The translations under genes and the position numbers were made by a program. The notes below the pieces were generated by a model. That model was not told the DNA's origin. It searched no databases and saw only the letters and a program-made list of their open reading frames with translations. A stretch of 64,000 nucleotides of DNA from Octopus bimaculoides (Eukaryota), in the NCBI RefSeq assembly GCF_001194135.2, contig NC_068987.1, forward strand, positions 7,103,983 through 7,167,982, written 5' to 3'. Position 1 is the stretch's first letter. The number at the start of each line of letters is the position of its first letter. Positions 1 to 12,661 of the stretch are shown piece after piece.

Positions 1-1585
1 TTGTTAGATATATATAAAGGCAGCAAAATTCTGCAGGTTCTCCAAAAGAGGACAAGTTAACTACCGCGCGGCGAGCAGAGTACTCAAAATCCGGAGACCT
101 GGCTCCATCTTTTTAATTAACTCTCATTATCATTATCTTCTATCTCATTATCGTCATCATTTGCCACAAAGGAACTTGAGTCATTCTCTTAAATTTCATC
201 CCAATACTATATTAAACTTCAGAATGGTTACAGCTAAGAATATCGAAGAATCTATGGAAACACAACTTTCCAAATCCGAATGAAGATACACGCAGAGATG
301 TAATAAAACTTCGAAAGCCTGCTGCTGGTAACATTTCAAGTACCCAGATACCTACTCGTGTGACCAACAAACACTTACTGTACCGAGAATTAGGGACATT
401 TTCTTACACAAAATGAAGTCTAAAGACGTGTGTCCTTACCATGACATACGAATCACTTATCAACCTTGTCTTAACATGACTCACATATTCGTATGTTATT
501 GTTATGTTAGACGTCTGAGTCTGATCCGAAATGATATCTAAAAAACATTGATAAATAATAAAATTTGCATGTATATTTATGTACATGGAAAAGTATGTAT
601 GCATGCATATATAAATATATATTTATATACGAGTACAGTAACACACATACACAGATACATACATGCAGAGACGCAGACACTGACAAAAATATATAAATAT
701 AGATGCAAATACGAATATATATATATATATATATANNNNNNNNNNNNNNNNNNNNNNNNNNNNNNNNNNNNNNNNNNNNNNNNNNNNNNNNNNNNNNNNN
801 NNNNNNNNNNNNNNNNNNNNNNNNNNNNNNNNNNNNNNNNNNNNNNNNNNNNNNNNNNNNNNNNNNNNNNNNNNNNNNNNNNNNNNNNNNNNNNNNNNNN
901 NNNNNNNNNNNNNNNNNNNNNNNNNNNNNNNNNNNNNNNNNNNNNNNNNNNNNNNNNNNNNNNNNNNNNNNNNNNNNNNNNNNNNNNNNNNNNNNNNNNN
1001 NNNNNNNNNNNNNNNNNNNNNNNNNNNNNNNNNNNNNNNNNNNNNNNNNNNNNNNNNNNNNNNNNNNNNNNNNNNNNNNNNNNNNNNNNNNNNNNNNNNN
1101 NNNNNNNNNNNNNNNNNNNNNNNNNNNNNNNNNNNNNNNNNNNNNNNNNNNNNNNNNNNNNNNNNNNNNNNNNNNNNNNNNNNNNNNNNNNNNNNNNNNN
1201 NNNNNNNNNNNNNNNNNNNNNNNNNNNNNNNNNNNNNNNNNNNNNNNNNNNNNNNNNNNNNNNNNNNNNNNNNNNNNNNNNNNNNNNNNNNNNNNNNNNN
1301 NNNNNNNNNNNNNNNNNNNNNNNNNNNNNNNNNNNNNNNNNNNNNNNNNNNNNNNNNNNNNNNNNNNNNNNNNNNNNNNNNNNNNNNNNNNNNNNNNNNN
1401 NNNNNNNNNNNNNNNNNNNNNNNNNNNNNNNNNNNNNNNNNNNNNNNNNNNNNNNNNNNNNNNNNNNNNNNNNNNNNNNNNNNNNNNNNNNNNNNNNNNN
1501 NNNNNNNNNNNNNNNNNNNNNNNNNNNNNNNNNTATATATATATATATATACACACACACATATTTATATATGCATGTATGTATG

Positions 1586-1626
<41 letters not shown>

Positions 1627-1744
1627 AACAATCAGTAATATGTACGAAGAAAATCATATTTTTATTTTAGATGACACCTTACAAATCCAACAATTGTTTC
1701 AATTGCATTGACATATACGTACATACATACAAACATACATAGTG

Positions 1745-2187
1745 CCACAGTATGAAGTCTTTTGACATGCCTTTTCAATCCTCCAACTGAGAGGCACATC
1801 TTCCCATAGGTGGCACATATTCTGCTATGAACAATAGCCATATCACAATTTTTGATGGGTCGATTCTTGTGAGTTCTCTGATGGCTCACCAAGGCCGCAC
1901 GACTCAAGCACCTCCTTCCACAGATTACACACACAAAAAGCAACACTCCCTTATTTTCCACAGATACCTTCCTTCCAAGCTTTCTCTTATTCTTTTCGTG
2001 CTTTATTTTCTCTCTCTTTCAAACCTCAAACAACCAGTGTGTACTCTCTTCCTCTATCTATCTTGGTTTTTTACCTCCCTCTCCCAATCAACAAATGAAT
2101 CGCATGTCTGTATTAGAGCAATTCTGAGACAGTCATTTAATCCCATTTTGGGTCTATGTGCTGACCTTCGCTGCCATTGCGCCTCAC
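1745..2187 (-). mobile_element. RTE-clade LINE 3' fragment (post-RT C-terminus with two C2H2-type fingers), decayed
   Basis: Minus strand translates ..RRSAHRPKMGLNDCLR..DWEREVKNQDR*RKRVHTGCLRFERER.., matching the RTE C-terminal pattern G.R..G.PK.R.KD..K....WE..A.DR..WR..V..G...FE. After a frameshift it reads FVCVICGRRCLSRAALVSHQRTH and ICATYGKMCLSVGGLKRHVKRLH, then a (TATG)n-like tail. Stops and frameshifts are present. Family assignment is from motif recall. Confidence 0.75.
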
Positions 2188-2210
2188 ACACACACACACC
2201 TACACATACA

Positions 2211-2243
<33 letters not shown>

Positions 2244-3494
2244 GCATATATATATATATATATGTGCATATNNNNNNNNNNNNNNNNNNNNNNNNNNNNN
2301 NNNNNNNNNNNNNNNNNNNNNNNNNTATATATATATATATATATATATATGAATATACGTATGTAAATATGTGTAGAATATATCTCGGATACGAAACGTC
2401 GTAACAAAAATCAGCATTGGCTATAATTTCCACAGAATGTCTGTAGAGATAACCTTGCTAAGTATTAAATGCTAGTTTCTATAGTTGAATTAGGTATTGT
2501 AAATAATATAAAGTGTAGTGATAATAGACATTGTATTATACATTCATGCCCATGGTGGCTGAAATCTCATCGGGCGAGCAATAATACAACCATTTACTCG
2601 ATCTCATGTGACATGTATTGTTTATATTTTCGCTTAGAATTTCAAATATTCTATTTCACGCTAGGAAGAGACACAATTTATTATATATATTGCTCGGTTG
2701 GGTAAGATAAAGTTTCTAAGGACATATAAATTTCGACAAAATTTGAACAATATTTCAGATAAGCCGCTAGGCACTCGTGAATTGAGAAAGTTAATGAATA
2801 TGAAACGTTTGTGCGTTATGGAGACATTAAAAAGTGGATACTTATGACACGGAGTAAACAAAATTCATTCCTTTCAGCTTAGGAATCATTGTGTGTACTA
2901 CTAAATACCAGAGTTAGCGACCTGTTAATAGTGCAAATAACAGAATGTCTTGTAGTGTATTAAAAACGAAGAGAAAATTCCAGAGACATTCATTGTTCCA
3001 AATAAATGTCCATTCAGTTGTTCAGGGAGTATATAACAATTTCAATAATTCTCAATAACGAAAATGAGTGAAGAATTCTCACTATATATTAGGATAATCA
3101 ATAGTTTTACTAATGTTTAATATAAGATTTTTCTGCAACATTTAATTCTATCTCTGTATCACTCGAACCTATATCACTTGATTTTGAGTGTCACATCATG
3201 CTGCAGTAATATACATAGTCAAGCTTTAAATATTCTTATACGTTGTAACTATTATATAAATATATGCACAGTTACGTTAATATATGAAACTTTTTGATGT
3301 TGCATATGCACTAGAATTCATTATTTTCTCTTATAATCCACGGCATCCGTATATAAATTTACGAATCTTTACACATTATACACATATTTACACAATCCGA
3401 GACAAAATAAACCAATCTTACAACACAAAAGCAAACTAATAATGCAAGATGGTAAACTATGCCAGAAGACAATGGTTAAAAATTATTCGAGGTT

Positions 3495-3670
3495 GGGGGG
3501 TGCAATACTCAATTTCATCGACTACAATAATTTATTGGTAAGAATTTTATCGACCCCAGAGGGATTAACGACTAAGTTGATTTTGAATTTCAAATCGGAA
3601 CGTAAAGGTCCGGAACACATGCTGTAAAGAGTATTTCTTTGATAATTTAACGATTCGGCAAATTCATTGC
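3495..3670 (-). mobile_element. SINE family A, highly decayed copy
   Basis: The reverse complement resembles the family A body: ttttatcgacccc...gaatttcaaatcggaacgtaaag. Confidence 0.45.
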
Positions 3671-3928
3671 TCTAATTCTGTAAGAGAATAACAAGTAGAA
3701 TTTAAAAAGCTGATATTCAAATCAGAGGCGCTGTTTCGATTCCCATAGTGATCGTTGAAACATTCAGAGACTATCATACTTTAGCTCATGATGTGCTGTC
3801 ACTCACCGACTATGTATGTATATAATATATATATGTATATATACGTATGTGTATAATAAACCAATGTTGTCTTCGAAACATATGTCGGAAGTAAAAGAAT
3901 TTGAATAACATCTGCGTTTAACTCCATT

Positions 3929-3976
<48 letters not shown>

Positions 3977-4029
3977 TGTATGTATGTATTCATAAATACA
4001 TGTGTGCTGGGGATGTTAGTCACAAACTT

Positions 4030-4222
4030 TTGACAACCTGTCTTGGTTTGTTATTCGTTCACGTTCTCCTAACTTAGCGATGCGGCATGAGAAACTGATA
4101 GAATATGTACCAGGTTTTAAAACATTAAGTACTGCAGTTCATTTGTTCCACTTAACTCTTCAAGACGGTACCGCAGCATGACTGCAGACCAACACGTGAA
4201 ACAGATGGAAGAAAAAAAAGAT
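4030..4222 (+). mobile_element. SINE family B, decayed 3' half
   Basis: ttgacaacc...cttagcg.t.cggca...gatagaata.gtac...cagcatgactgcag aligns to the 3' half of the copies at 16818-17222 and 40226-40648. Confidence 0.55.
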
Positions 4223-6272
4223 ATACATATACACAGACATACATACATACATACATGCGTGTAAGTCATGCATATATTCATAGGTTCTTACGTATATTTG
4301 TAAGTGCACGTGAATATATAACATTGAATTTTAGATTTTAGAAATTCGTTGCTGAAGATATTATGTATTGACAACGAATGAAAATTACAGGGCGAACGGG
4401 AAATAAAGAATCTCTTGAATGCTAACATGAATGAAATAAAATTTTGTTAACGTAAAACATCGAAAATCAAAGCAATAATATGTTACATTGTATTAAAAAC
4501 TCGCTGAATGGAAACAGAAAATAAAACAGCAATGTGAAGGTAATAAATAGAAGTATTTGGTGTCTTGGAGCGGTACAAATAAAAATGCTCATGCAGAGAT
4601 AAACACATACACACGTACACACAGAAATACACACAGACACGCACACACGTACAGACACACACACACACTTACAGACACATCTACATATATATACGTATAT
4701 GAGTATACGTATATGTATATACATGTATATGATTATATGCGTATTGCGTATAAATAAATACCAAAGCATAGGCTCGTATAACATATATTTATACGCTGGC
4801 GTATATACGAATGTAGTAATTTATATGGTGGTATTTGCGTGCTGATGTATTGTTAAGGATTTCGATTATATACACAGATATAAATGTATACTTACGTATG
4901 TATACGCACACATATGCGTACATACACACATACGCACACACGCGCGCACACACACCTATATATGTATATATGAATAACTCTATACATACACATACAGGTG
5001 TACATATATGTATATATAGATCTATATATACACTTATATGTGTTCGTGCGCATGCGTGTACATGTATGTATCAAATACAAACATACATATATATATATAT
5101 ATNNNNNNNNNNATATATATATATGTTTGTATTTGATATTCTCCCTACGTAACGATACAAAAAATCTAATGGTGGAAGACAAATATGTTTTGCTGGGCAC
5201 ATTGATATTTGGAAATCAAAATATGAATATATCGATAATAATTTATTTAGATAAATATAGACATAAAGAAACATGATGAAATACATGACCTAGATTGAGA
5301 AATGTAATATTATTTATTCTGCAGCGCATAATGTGATGTTCTTTATCCAATGAAATCTTTCAATTTGCTATCTCTTTGTGAATTCATATTTACACTTTGT
5401 ACTTTTGTATATTGTGTTCCTTGTGTAATATATTAGATTTTCATGATTTTTTCTATACATATCTATCTACATCCTTATCTATAGACAGACACGCACATAC
5501 GCACATGCAAACATACACAAACACAGACGTCTTGTGGCTCTTGTTCCACTAGTGGGCACCAATCCCATTAGTGCGGTTTTTCATTAGGGTATAACCCCAC
5601 TATATCCACGCTGCATTGTTTCGTTGCTTCATCTCTTCAGGTCTGCTGCCGACCAAAGCAGGTTAAAGTACAACGGTAGCACCTCAAGAAGGATATGTCT
5701 CTTCTCTACACAGCATGGTCTTAAACTATAAGAGGTTATAGATTCACTTCACTAGTCTCTAACGGATTGCTGGCCTCTAATGGATCAATGCCACATCAGC
5801 ACCATATCTTTTATCCTTTACCTTTTGGGTGTTTCAGGCATTAGATTGGGACCATGCCCACATGGCATAACAAGGTGAAACAAGTGTCTTAGCTTGCTAT
5901 GCCAAGTGGGCATAGCCTGGGGATTGCGTGAAGGCACAAGATGTGTTTTAAAAATGCTGACTGAGATGTTTTCATGACATGAAACTACTAGTAGCTCATG
6001 AAAACATATATGTGTTTATTAAATAATATATACATACATACATTCACACACACACACACACACACATTCCACAGATGAGATCCAGAGATTCTTAGTGTAG
6101 AAGACAGCAGCGCTCAAAATATTCATACTTAGAATCCGCTGTCTTAATAGGGGATGAATGCCAATGGTTATAAATGGGATCAGGTTGAGAGGATATAGAG
6201 ACAATTATGCAAAACGTGTTGCATGTATACATATATACATATTTACTACATCCAATTTCTTTATCCGCATAA

Positions 6273-6323
<51 letters not shown>

Positions 6324-6727
6324 TCCTTCCACGTGACTGGTGTCCGGCCAGCCATGATCTTTCTTTCTTGGTCTGACTGCCGACCGCCAACACCTCTTGT
6401 GTCCATCTCCCACGTTCCTGCCTTTAGGCTTTCACTTCATACACGCCAGCTCAATTTGATTCGTTCTCAGTCGAAAGACACCTGTTATTTTCTTGTTTTT
6501 TGTATTCGTAATTATGTACCATGTTCTTCGTTTTTTTTTTTGTCTTTTTGTGTACCAAGTTCTCCGTTTTTTGTCTTTGTTGCCGTACACATTCGCTAGA
6601 TTTCTTACAAAGGGGGCAACCAGATCGAACCATGTCTAGTGTAACGTGTAACCGCCCGAAACCGCTTTGTATAGTCTATCTGTCCGAATGTTTTATTGTC
6701 CTCTATTGCGTTTTTGTTCCATTTATA

Positions 6728-6775
6728 TACATACATACATACATACATACATACATACATACATACATACATACA

Positions 6776-6803
<28 letters not shown>
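6728..6803 (+). repeat. (ATAC)n microsatellite
   Basis: Seen directly. Confidence 0.95.
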
Positions 6804-6806
<3 letters not shown>

Positions 6807-6966
6807 CTGCGTGTATCTGTGATTTTCTTTGTGTTTGTTCATACGTGTGTGGTATATATATGCTTCTGTTATATCCGTTACATAAATATGGCATTGGTGT
6901 GTTCATAACCAAATTTAAATCTTCTTATATTTCGAGGTGCTCCTGTTGAAGGGACACGTGAGACAG

Positions 6967-7014
6967 AAAGTCGCTGAAGAGGTCACAGGAAGTGTGATGA
7001 AAGATTTCAGACAA
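6967..7014 (+). ncRNA. Degenerate minimal hammerhead-ribozyme-like motif
   Basis: GUCG CUGAAGA G GUCAC-AGGAAGU-GUGAU GAAA GAUU UC AGAC. The core CUGANGA and GAAA are present, with a 5-bp stem II and GUC/GAC stem I pairing, but the first stem I pair is mismatched. Confidence 0.4.
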
Positions 7015-7914
7015 AGGATACTAAAATAAAAACCATAATGCAGCTGACGTAAAGAATGAAAATATTGCGCGTGTATTTTTTTTTTTTTGCTTCCTTTTTT
7101 TTTTTTTTGGCAAGTTTGACCATCCCGAAATATGACAATATTTGTTTCAACTGATGGATTTCACATCAAGAATCATGCAAAACAAATATAAATATATAAA
7201 CTTAAAAAAAGAATATATAAATCATTAACATACAAGCTGTTTTGATACGCAAACGTTGCGTGCCGCTGGTCAATATCATAAATTTTGAAGTGAGATAAAT
7301 TCCGTTGAGATTGTAACGATTAAAGGTTTTCTCAGCGCCAAAATTACCTTCACTTTCCCAATAGGTAAATACAACTGCAAATGTTAAAACATGAATACAT
7401 CCTAGTAAATGATTAATTTGCGTAACTGCATACAGATTTGATTTGTATTTCTCATTTTAATACGTTTATATAAAAGCAGAAACACACATAAGCACACTGA
7501 AAGTATTTGCAAATGAGATTACAACGTTACATGAGACAAATTCAAATTTTATGCTGACAAATGTTTTCATTGATATACATTAAAAAATACTTCGGTTTGT
7601 TACGCTCTAAAAGTTTAGATTACTCTTTATATTCTATGATAAAAGAAATGAAATCCTGTTGCAGAATATACTTACTACGGTCTTTTGTGTCAGGTCAAGA
7701 TGTAATGTAACTGTACGCTGCGATACATAAATGTTATACATGAGAAATGAGAATCGCCAGAAACTCAGTTTCATAGTTAAAGCAAATAACTTCGAGGAAT
7801 ATTTGTGCGATTTTCCGTAAGTAAAGGCAGTATCTTTATCTAGATTTAGAAAACCAGTTAAAGATTTTTTCCTTGTTATGAATTATGCTTGATTATGATT
7901 TCTGTTAATGAGGT

Positions 7915-8125
7915 CTATATTCTTTTTTCTTGTTTCAGGCATTTGCCTGCGACCATGCTGGGGCATCACCTTTAGTCGAAGATATCGACCGTGTGACCTA
8001 TTCTTTGTAAGCCTAGTACATATTGTATATGTCTCTTTTGCCAAACCGTTAGGCTACAGCGACGTAAACATACCAACATCGGTTGTCAAGCGATGGTGGT
8101 GGTGGGGTACAAGCATAGATACACA
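7915..8125 (-). mobile_element. SINE family B, 3' half
   Basis: tgtttcaggcattt...ccatgctgg.gca.cacctttagtcgaa...ttctttgtaagcctagtac...catcggttgtcaagcgatg matches 16830-17010. Confidence 0.8.
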
Positions 8126-8189
8126 AATGCATACATACATACATACATACATTGTGTTATTATAGTATGGGCACCACATGTAGAAATGA

Positions 8190-8230
<41 letters not shown>

Positions 8231-8599
8231 ATAATAGAAAATACTTAATATTTCCTGAGTTCTATTGCTATTTTCTTATATATTCTCCACTGAGTCTGTG
8301 TTTTAAGTCGGTTTGATTTAGCCGTCGATAAATCTATTTTGCAGGGCTTGTTGATAAAATCAATGGCGTAGCGATTGGAAAAATAAATAATACCCGAAGT
8401 TTAAAGACATCATGCACAGGAGACATCCGAGGAGTGTACAGAGCAGTACTTAAATGAGAATTTTTCCTCCATACTGCAAACGACAAATAATGCGTAAGTT
8501 GCTTACTGTCTAAATCGTAGTTATTATTTTACATGCTTCTGTATTATGACATATTAGCGAAAGCAGTACAATGTCGCATACAATATCTTGTAGTGTTAT

Positions 8600-8803
8600 G
8601 GCTGTGAGCTGGCAGAAACGTTAGCACGCCCGGCGAAATGCTTACCAGTGTTTACGTTCTGAGTTCAAATTCCGCCGAAGTCGACTTTGCCTTTTATCCT
8701 TTCGGAGTCGATAAATTAAGTACCAGTTGCGTACTGCGATCGATCTAATTGACTGGCCTCTCCCCACAAAACTTTGGTCCTTGTGTCTAGAGTAGAAAAG
8801 AAT
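8600..8803 (+). mobile_element. SINE family A (tRNA-like head), near full length
   Basis: ggctgtgagctggcagaaacgttagcacgcccggcgaaatg..., with an A-box-like TGGCAGAAACG and a B-box-like GAGTTCAAATTCC. Collinear with 30546-30752, 45940-46176 and 54610-54824. Confidence 0.9.
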
Positions 8804-9688
8804 ATCCTGTAGTATCTCCGTCACTCTACGATCTGAGCTTAGCTTCCACCACTTTCAATGTTACTTACTTAAGTGGAATTTACCTGCCATGTTTTCAGCA
8901 GTCGATATACTTAAAATAAGTCGGTTTCATGTGTACGGTTCGATCTCATCGATTTCTCTCTTCCCAAAATGCATGACCTCTTGATAACACGAGATAGTAT
9001 TATAATATGATCTTTTTGTAGTAGAAAATATGAAAAATATGATATGCGTGAAAGATTAACATTATCGCTTAAAGCAGGATTTTACGTGCTAAGAAATAAT
9101 AAGGTAATTTATGATGCTGTAAACAAATGATGTTCACTAAAAAAGTGGATACTAAAATACAAATATATACATAAATGATGTATCGATCAAAAAAATATAT
9201 ACATAAATGATGTATCGATCAAAAAAATAATCACCACCAGTACATGAATACTAAAGAATTTATCAACATCATACGGATTAAAGGGAAAAGATATCATGCA
9301 AGGATTAGAACCAGTGACTTTAGCAAGAGAGAAAGGCAGTCCAAACTATTTAGTTTTCAAATTCTTCCAACACTCCTCCGAATTATGAAAGCATCTGAAT
9401 GCTTAGAGAAATAAATAAATGGAAAATCAATACTTAAATACAATTGCAGGGCATTTTACACGATAATGGTTGAAATACGATTATCAAAAAAATATGATAA
9501 TAGTAATAATAATAATAATAATAATAACAACAGCAACAAATGAAATTTTAGAAGCAGTACCACAGCCATATCTCTACACACGTCCCGGATTGGTGGAAAG
9601 ATATGAGAGATATTTATATCACGATAAATTGAAATAAGTATCGATATATATTCCCAACAATAGAAATTCCAATGAGTATTGATCTCAG

Positions 9689-10360
9689 GCATTTCAGGAA
9701 TAATGTGCAGCTTTATACACATAAAATACGATATGGCATTTCCAACAAGGCCCCTGATAATCTATTGTTTAACTATATCCAATGCTCGTCTCATAGACAG
9801 CATTTAGATATATTTAATTATATATATATGTGACATGAACAATACGAGATTTCGTCTTGAATTTTTTTTTATACGTAAAACGAAAAATAGAGTTAATACA
9901 TATTCTTCCACGAATACCTAAACAGATAATCACACGCACACACACACGAACACGCACACACACACAAACACGCACACGCACGATCGAATATGTATATANN
10001 NNNNNNNNNNNNNNNNNNNNNNNNNNNNNNNNNNNNNNNNNNNNNNNNNNNNNNNNNNNNNNNNNNNNNNNNNNNNNNNNNNNNNNNNNNNNNNNNNNNN
10101 NNNNNNNNNNNNNNNNNNNNNNNNNNNNNNNNNNNNNNNNNNNNNNNNNNNNNNNNNNNNNNNNNNNNNNNNNNNNNNNNNNNNNNNNNNNNNNNNNNNN
10201 NNNNNNNNNNNNNNNNNGCATTTCAGGAATAATGTGCAGCTTTATACACATAAAATACGATATGGCATTTCCAACAAGGCCCCTGATAATCTATTGTTTA
10301 ACTATATCCAATGCTCGTCTCATAGACAGCATTTAGATATATTTAATTATATATATATGT
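9689..10360 (+). repeat. 143-bp identical direct duplication (9689-9831 and 10218-10360) spanning an N-gap
   Basis: The two segments read identically by eye, offset 529 bp. The second copy begins exactly at the gap edge. Confidence 0.9.
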
Positions 10361-11898
10361 ATACATACATATTCGTACATACATATGGATCTCATATTCA
10401 GTTATATCTAATATGAAAAGCAATAAAGATTTCAAATATTTTAGAATCCAAGCTTGTAAAAATACTCTACTTTTCCAATTTCGAAATAAGTTTTAAAACA
10501 CATATAAATGAATACATATTCATACATACATGCATTCATACATGCGTGTGTCTGTGTGACTGAATGTGTGCGTGTGAGTGTGTGTATGTCAACATATGTG
10601 TATATTTTGTGTGTGTGTGAGGGGAGATGTCGTGTATGTTCGTGTCTCCTATACAATTATATCTAATATGAAAAGCAATTCAGATTTGAAAAAAAATTAG
10701 AATCCAAACTCGGAAAATTACTCTACTTTTCGAATTTTATAATAAGTCTTGAAACCATGAGATCAACTTACAAACAAGATTCCACACCAAGTCCCTATAT
10801 TTAAATAAACTTAAGCGTAAATCCAGAATGATACAGGTGCTACTCTAACAACACAAGATGGTGTCTGTGTTATGATAAAATGATGGAAATGTCAAAAATA
10901 AAATGGACGTATTTACGTATTTTTGGTATAATAATGCTGTTGATCCTGTATTCTAGATGGAATTACGAAATAAATAACCAAAAAGTTATCCCTGGAATTT
11001 GGGATAAGTCGATATCATCAACGTCCATTACTTGATTAGTATTTCATTTTATTGACTCCCAGCAAGATTTGAACTCATATCATAAAGTATTGGGACAAAT
11101 AATGCAAGGAATATTTCTGGAGCTCTAGAGAATCAATCAGGTCACTGCCTTAAAAAACATGTGCCATTAATATGATTAAATACATTCATGTGACATTTTC
11201 AAATAATAATTTAAAGTTTATGCATTGTCATTGATTTACAATATACCGATTCCTTACAGTGAGGAATTAAAACTGAATTTTCTCACAAGAAAGCTGCTAG
11301 TTTTTTTTTATACTCATGTTTTAGTTCTTCTGATTCATCATTTCCATGCTAGAAAGTTGTTTATTTGCATATATTCTAATAAATATAAAATTAATAATCC
11401 GTTATATGCAACGAAAGTAAGATTGAATTAAAATAGGCGTCTATATATCATTGTTAATGCTAATGCAACATGGAAAAGCAACCTAACTGCAGTATTCGTC
11501 AAGAGATTGTATCTGTTATGGACGTACTGTGTTTAATAACAAAAAATATATCGGTAGCAGACGAAAATCACCCAGAAGCTGTGACGAGAAAACTAGATGT
11601 AGGTTTCAGCTTCCTTGAGATTTGTCAATAGCATGTATTCACTGACCACCGAATGCTAGGACAAAATTTATAGTTACATCATACACATTATAGAAATGAT
11701 AGTTAAAGTAGTAGCACCTAGCCACCTGGCGTGACTTTAACGTAGTTCATCCTCTTACAAGTATTTGGACTAGGTTTCTAGTTTTAAGAAACCGTCATCT
11801 CTTCTTCCCACTGGTCTCAGAGACGCTGAAAAATAAAGGATCATGGATGTCGTTTTTCCCTCTCGGATTTATTGTTAGAAATTTCAGAATAATTTTCA

Positions 11899-11932
11899 GG
11901 TGGTGGTGGTGGTGGTGGTGGTGGTGGTGGTG

Positions 11933-11976
<44 letters not shown>
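11899..11976 (+). repeat. Compound (GGT)n(AGT)n trinucleotide microsatellite
   Basis: Seen directly. Confidence 0.95.
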
Positions 11977-12661
11977 TGTGGCGCCGGTGTTAAATTTAGC
12001 TGCAGTAGTAACTCTGGAGGAGATGAGGGAGGGGTGTTGCTTTCTTTGCTGCCTCGACCTACTTCCCTTGCTTTGTTATTCCACTTCTTTTTTATGACAC
12101 TGTTTACCACCACAACAATGGTCATGATGGCGGGAAAGGCAGGAAAGTGGTTTATCCTTTGTCTGTTGTGATCAATATTATTACTGTTCACGTGGTTATG
12201 ATAAACACCACGACGTGTGGGAGAATTTGGCAGGTTGTTTTACTTGTTTGGAATATGGCTGTTATGCTTGCAACTGCTGCTGCCGCCATTCGTGATCCCA
12301 CTCATCGTAGTAGCAGTGAGGCATATTTTAGCATTTGAAGTTTGTGAAGCGGGAAAATTCATTGATCACTTAATCCCTCTTCTTTCAAATTTGATCGCTC
12401 CACTTTCCAATTGGCTGGTTGTTTAAGACGTCAGCATTAAAATTTTTTTTTTAATGTTTCGAAAAAAAAAAAATCAGATTTCTGTTCTAATTTTCCCCCT
12501 AACAGGTCAATGTATAAAGAACTTAAGCAGACCCGGTCCTTGGTTGCTAACAAAATATAAATAACAGATACTAACATAGTCTATATATGTATGGATAAAA
12601 CATTGTGGTGAAAGTACACCTTGTACATACAACAAAATATACATTATCAACAATCCTTTCT

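Noticed and set aside
8-400. TATA-like TATATAAAGG at 11-20, a 91-codon open frame at 8-283 and a 66-codon open frame at about 214-414 on the plus strand
   Set aside because: No recognisable protein, no suitable start codon, and conflicting splice signals on both strands; not distinguishable from chance.
1662-1961. Host C2H2 zinc-finger gene
   Set aside because: It is contiguous with an RTE-like post-RT region, has stops and frameshifts upstream, lacks TGEKP linkers and ends in a microsatellite tail.
11841-12191. 116-aa ORF with poly-L/poly-P
   Set aside because: Its length is driven by the triplet repeat; no domain was recognised.
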